From the NCBI GenBank assembly GCA_001938485.1, contig MQRK01222709.1, positions 24,965 through 88,964 on the forward strand: DNA of 64,000 nucleotides, written 5' to 3'. The notes below the pieces were generated by a model, which did not search any database, had not been told where the DNA came from, and saw only the letters and a program-made list of their open reading frames with translations. Position numbers and translations under genes: made by a program. The DNA comes from Girardia tigrina. Lineage: Eukaryota. Shown piece by piece: positions 14,301 through 29,500 of the stretch (its first letter is position 1; each line of letters starts with the position of its first letter).

Positions 14301-16799
14301 GTATTCAAATTTTTAATTATACATACATTTGATATAATTTTATTTATTTTATTTTTGTAAATTTTTAAATAATTAAAAACAAATTAATGTTTAAAAATGA
14401 TTATAAAAAGTAATTTTACTTTAGTCAATAAAATTTAAATTAAATATTTTAGATAAAATAATTTTCTTCAAGTTAGTTTATATTGGGATGAGAAATATTA
14501 AATATTGAGTGATGAATTTAAGAGAGACCAATACTATTGATTGTCATAGAGATGATCAAAGTTGAGAATGTAATAGATGTTCTATCAAATGTCAGAGTTC
14601 TCTTAACACTTATTATAATGTTTCTTTTGATAATAATTTCGATTTTAATTGCAGATGTCAAAACGTGATTTTTGCAACAATTACTTTTTACGAATTCAAG
14701 CTAGGCATAATGTAGCACAATACGCTCGAAACATCAGCAAAGTTTGGAGCCAACGATGCACGGTGCAGCGCTGGTATCAAAAGATTTTCTCTGGCAATAC
14801 TAGCCTGGAAGATGAGCCTCATGGAAGCCGCCCATCGACAATTGACAACGACGAATTTGAAGGAGCTAGTGGAAGGCGATCTACACACAACTGTTCAAGC
14901 ACTCACAGAAGAACTTAGCGTTGATCCCTCAACCGTCGCTCGGCACTTGAAGCAAATTGGAAAGTCGAAAAAGCTCAATAAAGGGGTGCCTCGCGAATTG
15001 AACGAAAGTCAAAAAATCGTTGTTTTGAGGTGTCTTCCGCGCTTCTTCTCCGCAACATGAACTACCCGTTTCTTGATCGTATTGTGACGTGTGATGAGAA
15101 GTGGATTCTCTACAACAATCCGCGACGTTCGGCACTACGATTGGACCGCGATGAGGCTCCTCGCCACTTTCCGAAACTGAAAGCCCACCAAAAGAAGCTT
15201 ATGGTGACTGTTTGTTGGTCTGCAGCCGGTTTCATTCATCACATCTTTCTGAATACGGGTGAAACAATCTCGTTAGAGAAGTACTGCCAACAAATTGACA
15301 AAATGCATCACAAGCTCCGACTTATGTGCCCAAAAGTGGTTAGTATGAAGGGATCAATTCTCCTCATCGACAACGCTCGGCCACATATCAGAAAAGTGAC
15401 CCTACAAAAGTTAAAGGAATCGGGTTACTTATCCATCCTACTCACCGCATCTCTTGACCACCGATTACTATTTTATTAAGCATCTGGAAAACTTCCTCCA
15501 AGACAAATGCTTCAAAAACCGAGGCGACGCTACAGACGCCTTTAACGCTTTCATCGCATCCAGAACTCAGGATTCCTTCACTAGGGGCATCAGTACACTT
15601 GTTTCTTGTTGGCAAAATGTATTGATTCTGATGGCTTTTATTTCGTTTAATAAAGTTTATTCTGTGCTGAGTTATATTTGTTTAAAATTTAGGTTCAAAA
15701 ACATGCATTGCTTTTGAAACAATCTAATATTATGTTAGATTATATCCTCCCTCAAAATAGTTTTCTATGTTCGTGCCTGATTTTGACATATAAGAGTTTT
15801 GATAACTAATTATTATTATAACTAATTATTATCCCATTTGTGCTCAAAAAAACTAGGATGACAGAAATATATTAATAAAAAATGTCGAATAGCGTAAGTA
15901 GTTTGAATAATTCTTGTAATAAGAATTCTACTTGTGATGTTTATAAATGTTCGAAAAATCATATTGATGTTGTTTATACCCATTATTTGATGATTATTTA
16001 TAAATATTGTTATTACTAAATATTGCAAGGATGACGAAAATATAAATGATTACTGATTAAATGGTTACTGATTAATAATTTAATTCATTTGTATATAAAT
16101 TCAAAAATAATGATTGCGTACTCGATTGTATGAAATCACGCTAATTAATAATTCTCAATAACATGGTTGAGACTACCGATTAAACATTGATTTAGGGCGA
16201 TGTAACCTAATTAACAATGCTTCACACTTTTCCAATAAATATCAAAATGCTTACACAGAATTTTGAAATTATCAATATTGCTATCATGTTTACATTTTTT
16301 CCGAAGTTCTGCAATATTGCTATTGACCTCTTTTCTACCGTGTTCTTGTTCGTTTACATTGATGACGGTCAGTCTCTCTCTAATGTATGTGATATCTCAT
16401 TAATTACACTTCTTTTCATAAACAATATTAGAACAAAGAGATAAAGGTGTAATAGATTTTTAACTGAGCATATTTTGCATTTTATATAATCGTGATACAA
16501 TTTTCAAATTTAATTCATTGTTATTTACTTTTAGATATGTTCTTTTAAAGTTTTTAGATCCTTCAGCATAAGGTGCAATTAAGCAATATTTAGGCATATT
16601 ATTAATATCTATTGTTACTTCAATTTCGTTCTTAAAACAATCAGGAGAATCACATCTCTGATTTTGCGAACTATCTCTGAAAAGTATGTTATCCACTGCT
16701 TCCTTTGTTGGTTTCTCAAGAAAATATTTTAAATAATAATTCTGATTTAATACGGAACTAAGCTAATTAACACTTTTAACAGATTTAAGAAACATTAAA

Positions 16800-16853
<54 letters not shown>

Positions 16854-19380
16854 GATAATAAAATTATTCAGTTCACGAGTTAGTGAAAATTAATATACAA
16901 AATAAAAATCAGTAATTTCAGCACGAATTTTGATACAATTTCCTGAAAAGAAAACGCGCAAGAAGAATGACCAATAAAATAATCAACGTTTTTAGAGCAT
17001 TGCATTTACTGTTTATTTCGCTAGACCACAAATTTTCTAAATTGTAAACATATCTCCAACAAATCATTGGAAGCCATCAAAAAGTACCCGGACCGGAGTT
17101 TTCATAAAAACAGTTTAAAATCTTTGAGAAGAATGCCAGTATGTAATTTCCTTAATATTAGGCAAAATCCAGAGAATCAACAATATTTTTATATTTACCA
17201 TTTTATTTTTAATCAATATATTTTATCTAAAAAATGATACAAATGGAAACAACTTTATATTTCAATGCAATACATGCACATAATACAGGTGAATTCCGAA
17301 GCACTTACTTTTTTCTCTTTAAGTTCATAAATGAACATACATTTATAAATAAGATCAATTTGTAATTGTTGAAATGTTTCTAAAGCTGAATATTTTCTTG
17401 TCATTTTGGTTCTCTTTTATCTCCCTCGCCGGCGATGACTGGAGGCGCATTTAAGTTCAAATACGCCCACAATGAAAACATATTGAGAAATGTCTAAACT
17501 CATACAAAATCCGACAATGAACATGCTAAAAATAATGTACTAAATAATTTATTCCCCAAATCTCCCATCAATTTGATTACATTAAGTAATTTAGACAAAG
17601 AAAGTAATCTGAAAATACAACAGGAAAATATACTTTTTAAAAAATAATAAAAAATTTTTATGCAAATATTTTTCTAAATTTAACGAAAACAAATGGCAGA
17701 AATCAGTGAAATGGAAGTGTATGACTTTGCAAGTACAGAGAGAAGAACTAGAAATGGTTTATGTTTGAAAACCACTTAATAAATAAATTATAAAATTTAT
17801 ATAAATATTTATCACAATATCTCATTGTGGAAACCAAAGTTCTCCTATTAAAAAAATTATTTAATTTAATGTTGGTTCTCAGATAAAAGTTTGTAAAAGT
17901 GAGACTTTTTACCGCTTTATGCTTTACTTATATCATTTTTAACCTTAAGCATGTTAGTTTAAATATTTTTAATGTTTACGTAACACAAAAACCCTGTGTA
18001 ATTCATACTACCAGTTATTTCAGAATTTCTTTGAAGAACATTTCAAAAAAGATCTATTTTTAAAATAAAGATAAATTTATTGAAGTCTCAAACAAGGTTA
18101 AATCATTACTACCAAGAGTTTCCGTCCCCCATATTAGGAAGATTCTCTCACGTTAGGAGTCACTGTTCTAATTGATTCTTTTATTCATGATTTTTTTGTT
18201 AAGAAATATTATACAAAACTTTTTAAATAGTGTAAATTTAAATGTATTTGGATTGATTAAAATTAGTATTTTTTAAATAACATCTTTATGTCATTAAGTA
18301 TGTGAGGAATATTTTCGAATGGTGTTTATTGTATGTTGAGTTTGGTATACTACTTTTAAGATTGTGTTTCTCCCATCCAGGTGGAAGAATATGTTGAATT
18401 TTTTAAACCGTCGGATAATTTGAACAATTTTGAAATGTAAATAACAACTTTAAAATTAAATTAATATATTTTAATCGATAAAGTAAAAAATACTATTTTA
18501 ATCAAAATATTTTAAATCTATTTGAAAGTGATTTTAAATATTTTGATAGGGGATTGTAACGTAAAGATTTATTTAATTATAAATAACATATTTACAATGA
18601 ATTAAAATATTTTTAAAAATAATTTGAAATAATTTTAGTAAGGAATTGCAATTTAAATTTGTTCGAATAATGATAGGCTAAGAAATAAATTTATCAATTT
18701 ATCAATCTAGAAATATGTCTCATTACGAAAGTTTTGTGGAGAAATGTCCTAGAGGCAATTTGAATTGTCTTACCAATAAAAGTATTGGAAATCCTATTAT
18801 GTCCTTAATAAAGTCAATGTCTCAAATATCTATCAGTTATTTAGGCAAAAGACGGAAGTATTTACAAATGAACGCTAAGATTTCGTATCTTTCAAAAGTT
18901 TTCAGCTTCTTGTAAACATCAAAATCAATGATTTCTTGAACTAGATTTATTATGAAATAGATTTCTTAAACTACATTTAAGAAACTACATTACTAGATTT
19001 ATTAAACTACATTTATTATGATATTATTTAACTTGACGGTTCCTTACTAAGGGAATAATTATTTTCAAAGAAGTACATACGATTAATTAAGGAAATTCAC
19101 AAGTTTTTATATATAGAAGATTTTTTTCTGGTAAACAAGAAACATATTTCAACAAATAAACTTTAGCATCGAATTCTTTTCTATTCCGACTCAATCAAGT
19201 CTGAAAAACATTAGTAAATGATTTCATCATTGCAATCTGCATTATAAAATTTATAAAACTCTTTAACAAGAAATAAAAGTACATTTAAAATTATTTATTA
19301 TTGTTTTGTAATGTCAAGTTTTGATCTAAGAGACCGTTTAAATACTTTAAAAATGATATTGTATACATTTCTCCTGAATA

Positions 19381-19420
<40 letters not shown>

Positions 19421-20510
19421 ACATGTATTATGTAGGCATATATATTAAACATATAAAACAAATTTTTGACAAAATTGTACAAATTTTGTATAAATATTAG
19501 AGTCCCGATGTAAGAGAAGCAAGATGTAAATCAGACGAAGATTGTATGAAAGGAAGAAATTTGATAACAGCATCTGGAATGTTTACCGGTAAATGTTTAA
19601 ACTATTCCTCCAAGTTTGGTTTGTGTGAAATCAGAGGCTGGTGCCCTACAGAAAATGACACATTACCATTAAAAAATGAACCTCTTTTTCCAATGGTAGA
19701 AAATTACACTGTTCTTATAAAAAACGACATTGAATTTCCAAAGTTTAAAGTTAAAAGGTATTTTTTTCTATAATATAAAAATTATTATAAATTATAAATT
19801 GCAGACGAAATGTGTTGGATTGGTCAGGAAAGAAGTTCCTCTATTCATGCAGGTACAAAGCTGAACACCAAGAAATGAAGTTCTGTCCCATTATAACTCT
19901 TGGAAGTATTTTCAAAGAAATAAAAGCACCCAAAAAAATGCTATCCGAGGTGAATAATTATAATTATGACCAAAAACAATACTTTCCTTAAAGGAGTAAT
20001 TCAAATTATTCCCCGTACAATTTGATAATTAATGTTACAGTCTACCAATGCGTAAAGAATAATTTATGAATGAAGTGGGAGTTTAACATCATTGTAATCA
20101 TTGTAATTATTATTGAAGCGTTTCGAATGATTCTTCAATATTTCTCTTTTTAAGAAGAATAATAAATAACGAAAATGTAATATTCATTATTTATTTGTCT
20201 GACAGAAAGACAAAAATTCATAAAAAATTACAATAATAAAATATTTCATTTTGTCCTTATAGTATTAACAAGCAAAAATCTTTAAATAAAATTAATCGCA
20301 ATATTTAACAAAGTAGTAATTATTTCCGTTCTTGAACTTTTAGAATGTAGAAAAATGACAATTTAATTGTAATGTATTGAGAAAATAAATGACTGAATTT
20401 ACATAAAATATTTGAAAATCAAAGTAATAAAAAATGTCAGAATACTATTTTCGAAAATTTATTTATATAATCAATTATAATGACTATTCACCATTTTCAG
20501 CCTATTTTTT

Positions 20511-20559
<49 letters not shown>

Positions 20560-23500
20560 CAATAGAATCATATGTATTGTGGAGGCTTCCAGTCATTTCG
20601 ACAAACAAATCAAAGAGCTATGACGATTGGATAATGAAAACAATAATGCTTAATAATGTAAGTGGTGCGTTCAATAAGTACCTGACATAAGGTGAAAAAA
20701 TATAATAGCAAATTTTAGTTTTTTGTGTGATTAAATTAATTAATATAGGTTTTAATTTCAGTAATTGTTTTATTTTATGAAACGCACTAAATTGTTTATT
20801 ACGTCATTTTGAAGTTTCATCAGTGAGATGATTTCATACATCGAACATAGCAGCATTATTAAATTCTTTGTGTTACAGAAGAAGACTTGCAGTGAAATCT
20901 ACGATCTTTCGCTGTCGATTTAGCTACATGACTCACCCTCTCTGAAAACTGTTAAATATTGGGTCCAAGAGTTTTAAGGTTGTTGCACCTTCGTTTTTGA
21001 TCAAGAAAAATAAGGAAAATCAGGTCAAGCCATCTTTGAAAACTAAGACGGCCACAAGTCATGGACGATCCCATTTTCTGGGATCATAAAGGTGTTATTC
21101 TTATGGTTATCATGGATAAAGACATCACCATCAACGCTTTTTTTAGAGCCTACTAATGACAACCGCCAGAAAGAATAGACGGAAGTAGAACACTCCAGTG
21201 CACATAGCAGGCATTTCTCGAGCCCCAATTAAAAGTTCTGGACTAGAGCTTGTGTATCATCTGCCGTTCAGTCAATATTTTGAACCAATCGGTGTTTACC
21301 TCTTCAGAGACATTTGAAAGACTTCCATTTGGGATCCAAAGACGATTTGAAGGTCGTTGTGGATGATTTCTTCTCAGCATACCCCACAGAACTTTAAAAA
21401 AGGCGTTTTTTGAGTTGATTATTCGTCGGAAGAAATACGTGGAGCTTCATGACATAATGTTGAAAAAGGATGCATACTTAAGTTAAATTTGTTGTGTGAT
21501 AAAAATGACCTTTTTGGAATTCGTTTTCTTTGTCTGGCGGGTACTTATTGAACGCACCACGTACACTCATTGCATCTAGCAGTCAAGATCAATGATTCGA
21601 AGTACTGCTATGCAAGTGTCTAGCAGTATGTCGTAATTTGTAAAAATGCACTCGTGAAACTATTAATACGTAAAATATCATCTTTTTTATTAAAATGTAA
21701 CATTTGTGTTTATATTATTTTAATATTGTTTGTCCATAGCAATCTAGTACTCAGTTCCAATGATGGTACTATAGGCTTTACAGTTTGCATTCTGTGATAC
21801 TATTGCTTTTCTTATGTATATTTTTGTATAAAATAAACATTTTAACTCGAAAATGGGAAGTAGAAGATAATCCATATTGCATATATACATCAATAGTGAT
21901 AAACAAATACCACAACAGTAACTACATTAATCAAACGCCAAGTCAGATTAAGAAAATATCGGACACGGCCATTTACCATTATTATCTAATTAATCGCAAA
22001 CAGCTAAGTCTTTTTAAACTCATAGAAGTAAACAACTAATATTATAAATAATGATTTATGGAAATAAAGATTAAAGTTACAGAAGTTTTATTTCATGAAA
22101 CTCTTAAACAAAAGAATTGCCAAAAATCTAACTACAATATATTGGCAAGTTCGACATCAGACGCATTAAGTATCTTTCCATTTTGCAATAATAATAATTT
22201 ATTATTAATTTGAATGATCAAAATCTAAAAATCTCTATGAGAGATCTAAGACAAATTAAACAAAAATATATTAACAATTAATTCCGTGACAACGCCATCA
22301 ATCCAGAAATTAGAGAGTCTAAGACAATAATTCTTTCAAAGTACATTACCATGTAACCTCTCCGTGTAAACAATTCCTCTTTTGATCCTCCAATAATCAA
22401 CAAGGCATTTATTATTTGTTCAAGATATTCGAACAACTTTTCCAAACCATATAACGAATCTGACCGATTTCTTCCTTCCAGTCACAGATCTGGAGGACAA
22501 TCAGATTTCGAGCACTGATATTATTTTTTGACTAAAACTTAATTTAAATGGTATTTGATCCGGTGTGAAATAAAAATTTCCCCCGCTATAAAATGTCCCT
22601 CCACCCATGGAATTTTTTGAAATATTTTTCCCCTGTCACGATTTTTTATGAAACTTTCTACCCACTATAAGATTTCCTTTTCATCCTCATTAAAATCTAT
22701 CTCCCTCCATTTACGGTAACAATTTATTAGGGAGGCAATTTATATGGAATGTAGATCATATAATCGGGTAGGTTAAACTATATGATATTGGATATTTTCC
22801 CATTTTTTATGGTTTTTAAGTTAACCCATTAATGCCGAGAATTATGTCATACACTCCTTTCTTGGTCAAGGTCAGCCGGCTACTGCGCATGCATGCCTGG
22901 TGACAGAGAAACAAAACATGTTCCGTATGTGTTCTGAACCTTCAGAGTACACACCTTATCAACGAAACATAGCTAAATGCAATGTCTTTACTTTTACAGC
23001 CATTTTTATTAGCTGGGCACGAATGTTCCCGTTCGGCGTTAATGGGTTAAATTTGAATACATTTTCTCGATAACACTAAATTATTTATAGAGTTAGGTGA
23101 CTTAAGAAGTTTTAAAATTCATTAACGGCTTGATTGTTATTGTACAAGTTCAAACGTTACTGAATAAATTTAGCGTTTCTAATATTGTTTAGTTTAAAAT
23201 AACTTTTTCTTAAAATTCTGCTGTCAAAAAATTTCTTACCACGTCTTCTTGAAAGGATTTTAAAATAAACGCAGTTGTATGACAAATCGCAATTTAAATG
23301 AAATTGAAATTGGAAAATTTTTAATTGTTAGTGAAATGTTATACACAGTAAATCTACTTTAAAATAGAAATATAACAAGTGGGGTGAAATTTTATGCATA
23401 AAAGTATGTTGCTGGAGGGAAATTTGCGTGGAAGGAAATTTTATGCTACACCGGAAACACGGGCACAAATAATCCAATATTCTGTGATTCTCGAGATGCA

Positions 23501-26500
23501 TATTATTTTGTAAGTATACACAGTCGATTATACAGTGTTAATTACTCAAGAGTTATTTTTCGCAGGCAATTAATTTTTAAATACGGGAATTACCCGTACT
23601 GCTCCAGTACCGTTCAATACTGTATACTATTCGAAATTCTTGGTTCATGTAGACAGTGTACACAGTTTATGATTTTATAAGCACTCAAAGAGTATTAAAC
23701 AATTAAACATGCATCACTTATTCATATGAGTAAATATTAGGGTTATTTCCGTGAAGATTAAATGCTACGTTGTGAGAAAGCTCACAATAATTGTACACTT
23801 GTTTATGGCTTTCAAAGCAGTAATATAAAAGTATTGACATTAACACAGGTTTTCCGTTTAGTTTAACTGTTATGTATAAAGTTGGTGGTTCTCTTAAGGA
23901 TCGTAAATCATTTATGCTCAAATACGTGTTTAACTTTCAAGGTTCCATAAATATATAAAACGGACAAGGGAAAATCTGACGCAAGTAAACATTTTTCGTA
24001 TATTGCTAATGACATTTTCTTACTTTTTTCGTGGTTTTGCTTTATTTCCGTACTGTCATGCTGGTTATTTTCTCAGATGCAAATAATACTGATTTTAGGG
24101 AAAATGAGTTCAATCTCTCCCAAAAGACAGTAGGGACATCTGTTTTTTTCATTTTCTGTGGACTTTCATGATTTTAGGGTTGATTAAAAGGCTCATAAAT
24201 TCACACAAAGTAGAATGATATAAACATGAGCTTGTGGAGAAAACAACTCTTTTGGAACTAAAGCACTTTGTATTATTTGGCGTTTTATTAAGTGTCCGAA
24301 TCAATATATACAGGTATAACCTATCCTGTCTGTTCTTTTCAATCAATTATCAGATTTTCTTTTACATTTATCTCACTATTAGTTAAAACTACACGAGGTA
24401 TCTGGGAAGTCAAGACATCTATGATAAGGGATTTTCTTTCAAAATGGGATTCAAATTTTTCATACAGGTCTGTCCAGAAGTCTTGACCGATTTATAGACA
24501 AGTGAAAGATAAGCATTTATTATTATTTGCATCATCATCTCTAATGTGTTCAAAGTATTTTACATTGTTAGTCACACCCTTCTCCCACCGTTCTGGGAGT
24601 TTTCTAATTCATTTGGTGAAGAAACTGTGAGGTTTCTCTTCAATCCAACGCTCCAACACCACTTGAAATTCTTCCGCGGAGTTGTAATTTCGTCCTCGGA
24701 GGGCGGTTTTCATTGAGGCATATAGCGGGGAATTCAAGTTACGCTTCCAGCAGTAATATATTATCATTCGAATATCACGTTGACTCAAATTCATTTTAAA
24801 GCAATGAAAATAAAACTTTCAAACAATTTCGCAAAGTAATATTTATTTTCGAAACAATTTGTTAACTAATATTTTGAAATTAGTTTTCCTATAATAGGAA
24901 AAATTGATTATTTTTTAATTATATTTTACAAAATCATTCACATATGTATATGTTATCTATACTGTAAATATCATAAACATTTATCAATGCGTTTACTAGA
25001 TACTTATAGGAAACTATCAGTCAAAACTTTCTTGTCAGACCTTTATTTTTTAAATCAACAGATCAATTATCACTTTGACAAAAGAAGAACGAGTTGAGTT
25101 TGTTTAGCTTGAAAATAAAGCCTAATTGTAATTACATATCAAAAATCAGGTTATTCTTTGTCTAGACTTTACGGATACCTTGTATATAATCATTATTCTT
25201 TTATAGTTGTTAAATAAAAATAAAATACTTTTTCGCTTAATTTTTTTATTTTTCACATTAATTATTTAGTGAGTGTGACACTTGTACGAGGTCTTAATAA
25301 TAAGATTAATTGATCACAAAATTAACATTCACGCCTCAGATTGAACTTCTTTTCTAAGTATCTTAAAACAAAATTTGCATCATTAATCATTACTTTAAAA
25401 TGTATGTGGTGGGTTAAATAAGTCGTGATAATAATAAAAGGAAAAAAAAGAGAACCTGTTCTTTTTGAACTGAAAGCTGTTTACCAACCAGAGTACCCAT
25501 CCACAGCAACAATTTATCGTTGGTTTAATTTCTTTCAGAGTTGTAAAATCTTCGTAGAAGACGAAAAAAGATCTGGAAGACCCTCCGAAATTGATGAAAA
25601 ATAATGTAAAAGATGCAAAAAAATCGTGCAAAACGAGAGAAGAACAACGATGAGAGAGCTCACAACCTATCTAAATGTGAGCAATGGCACTCTGCATACT
25701 CTATTCACAGAACGTACTATTCAAAAACTATGTCCCAGACGTTTGGAAGGCTGCTTGGAAAATCTGCAGATCAGGACCGATGTTGGAGACAGTTCCATTG
25801 ATAATATCATCATTGAAGACGAGACACCATTGTACCTTTATGTCCCCGAATCTAACAGAGAGTGGCAAGAATGGAAACTACCAGAAGAAAGCAGCTCACT
25901 GAAAATACAGTCCTCATGTTACAATCGAAAAGCTTTCATGCTGACGGTGTTTTGGGATGCCAATGGCATTATTCTGACTGAATTTGCTGAATTTGGCGTG
26001 AAGAAAAATACTACTCACACATTATGCAGCAAGCAAGAAAGACGCGTCGCAATAGCAAATTGTGCGATCGCTATTTTTAACACGACAAAGCTCCCATCCA
26101 CACTAGCAGCTTTTCCATGGCTACAATAGAGCGTTTTGGGCTCAATTTACTCGCTCCATCCGATTTTTTCCTGTTTAACCATACTTAAAGAATCTGTGGC
26201 ACCAGGTATTTGCCAACAAACAAGATTTGAAAGCAACCGTGGAAAGTTTTCTTGGAGAAAAGCCTCCAGAATTATTCAAAAACGCCTTCGAAAACCTCTA
26301 AAATTGCACAAGGAAATTATTTTGAGAAATGATGCCTATTTACCATGCTTGTTCTAAATACAAAGTTTTGTGTTGATATCTTAAGTCTTTCTATATTAGT
26401 CTCACGACTTATTGAACGCAACACATTATGTTGTTAAACGCATATTAATTAAATTAATTAAATCATAAATATATTTTAAATAATGATGTTTTCGTATTTT

Positions 26501-29500
26501 ATTAATTATATATAATTGTTTAAAAACATCTTAAAAATAAAGAAAATATATTTTTCGAAATTGAAGATTTCACGATTTATTATCTGATATAATATTAAAA
26601 ATACTTATTATTATTTTAAATGAAATTATGTTAAGGGAGGTGTAGTAGCAATAAATATCCATTGGGCTTGCAATCTGGACTGGAATCATAAATTTTGCAA
26701 TCCCGAATATTCTTTCCGGCGTCTGGATGATGAAAAAGCCAAAATAGCAAAAGGATTAAATTTTAGGTAAATATATTTTGTGATATTGTTAATTACAGAA
26801 GCAATATTATTGGTAATAATAATAAAAAGAGTAACTTATTAATATTTTATAGTGCTGTGATATTAATTATAAAACTGGCAAATATTTACAGTTTACATAA
26901 ATATTAAGTTTGATTTGCTCCGAAATTACTTTTACGTCAAATGGATTAAAACTCCGGAAAATGAATATTTATGTAAATAGATAATTTTGATTAATTAATT
27001 AATTTCCGGAGTTTTATCGATATTAGGGCAAACTGTACTGCTAATCCTATTCTTCGATGTCTAACTATTAAGATATATATACATATATATGTGTGTGTGC
27101 ATAATATTGAGTCTTGTGAACGCTAATTTGATGTTTTTGAAAAATAATTTTGTTAAAGCTTTTTTTAAGAAATCGATCATTGACCATGTTTCGCAGTTTC
27201 ATATTTCATCATCATTAAATATAATTTTTAAAATATTTGAATGTTTTAGTTTTTTATTTTTCGCCTCTATTTCAAATGATTAGTTTTCTATTACTTATTT
27301 TTTTGTTCTATAATGTTTTATTTGTATGGGTAAATTAAAAATCAGTTTGTACTTGATTTATGAACTATTTATAACTGTAATGCAAATGTTAATGGTAAAG
27401 TATTTTTGTTTAACTGAACTAATGTCAGAAATATGCGCACAAATAAATAGATCCCAACAAAAAATGAATTAATATGAATTTTCCAAAATGACTTATAAAA
27501 ACTTTTCCGAAAAAACGTTTTATGTAGGTGTAATGAGAGACGAAGTAAAGATATTTGTTGATAGTATAAAATGAGATAAATATATCATAATTGAATTTAT
27601 GGGCGCTGGCACCATAGAGCAAGAATGGAAGCGGTTGATCCCCCTTGAAAATCAGACATTCTTAGTTTATTTTAAATTCTTTAATTTATCATAAATATTA
27701 ATTCTTCCATTTTAGCGTTACAACAACATTAATATTTCAAACACTTCTGCAATAACAAGTTAACTAGATAGAGTATTAAATTTATTTTTTGTCTTTCTGA
27801 CAATTTCAACTGGGGTTAATAATATCGAACTGTCATACATTTAAAAATGTAAAATTTTAAAAATTACTATTTTTGTATTACATTTTTTAATTATGTTATT
27901 TCTTTGTTTAAATAATGTTTTGAAATGCTGTTTTTATAAAATCAATTTTCAAGGTGTATTCATTACGTCGGCTTTTTCAAAGTATAAACATTTTTAAGAA
28001 ACATTGCTAAAAAGCATATTAAATCTAGTTGGCACAAAGGATCTCAACAAGATACTGAAACTTTTCTGGGTATAAAGAATGATTGCAGTAAGGATATTTT
28101 ACATCATCAATTCTTTTGTTCCTGGAATTAATCAACATTTTTATTTTGTTTAAAAATAATTTTTTTCATAATCGTCAGTACTTGAACTTATTAGACAAAT
28201 ACTTCAAACAAGCACAATACTTCAAACAAAACCCATATATTGTTCAAGTACAGGGTCATGTACAGAAGCTTTCAACAGTATTTAATCTCCACAAGGTAGA
28301 TGCAGAGACGTATTTTAAAACTGATATTTTAAGATGGTAACTACACTAGCAAACCAATTAAATATTAAATTTGCTTTACCACGACAGTACAACAAACAGA
28401 AATACCGTAATAATCCAGGATCATCACATTTGGAAGATTATTTTCGTGAAACACTATTTATACCATATTTAGTTTCAATAATTAATTCTTTGAAATGCCG
28501 CTTTTCTGAAAGTAATTATGCACAGTTCAATCTTTTTTCACTACATCCAATTCAAACTAATAGCCTCAATCGTCAAAATGAGTGTTATAAATAATACATA
28601 AAACATCAAAAATTTTGAAAATGAAGCAATGATGTGGTATGATATGTGCTCTACATCAGAAAACTTAGAATTATGTAATTTGGACTTTCTTGATTTGTTA
28701 TCAAAAACTAGTTTATTTATAGAAATCCGTCATGCAATTTTGATTTTAATTACGTTACCTTCAATCACGTGTACAGTAGAGAGTGTAGTTTCACCAGAAA
28801 TAGAACACCACTAAACAACAAGAAAGTTTATTTAAGTACAACACAAAAAATCAAATTCTGTATTTACGCTTTTTATCACATATTTAAAAAAATTTAATTT
28901 CGAAAAAAAATCAGGTATCCATTTCGTAATCTCTGTACCACGGTGGTTCTCTTCTCTCTCGGTCGCTTCTGCGTTGCTCGTCACGATTTTTTTGGTCCAT
29001 GATCTCTTCAACACTCGACTCCTCGTCAACTGCAGCGCTCTCGTATTCACTGCTTTCTAAACCATCAATAAAATCGTTTTCAGGATTATTCTGATCGTCA
29101 GATCGCTTTCTGATATCCTGAATATGTCTCGGAACTCCATCTACTTCGTATTTGTTGTGAATAATTTTTGCTGTGATTATACCCCGACCCCATTGACTTG
29201 TACATTGAACATGTTGACTCGGCTTGACGTACGCTTTCTCTCCTACTTCAAACATTCTACAGTCGACACTCATCGGTTCCACGTTTATTTTTTCACCCAT
29301 TATTCTCTAATTACAGTTAAATATTAAATCACTTGGCGATTTAATTCCATCTTTTCTTCTTTTCGGATCTATATTATACCAATACACAGCTTCAGCAATA
29401 ACAATATTCAATCTCTCCGCTATTCTTTTTATCGTACAGTGACAGCGCTCCACAATACCGTTCGTACTGGGTTTATATGCACATCAGTAGTCTATCTTAA

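Noticed and set aside
18340-18400. WW-domain-like LPPGWEKH or GIY-YIG-like W(V/M)GET peptide on the minus strand of the LTR-like repeat
   Set aside because: Both frames contain stops or indels in several copies and the repeat has LTR-type ends and TSDs, so non-coding is more likely.
23700-24400. Possible gag/protease relic ([12 protein letters not shown])
   Set aside because: No catalytic D(S/T)G or intact zinc knuckle is visible.
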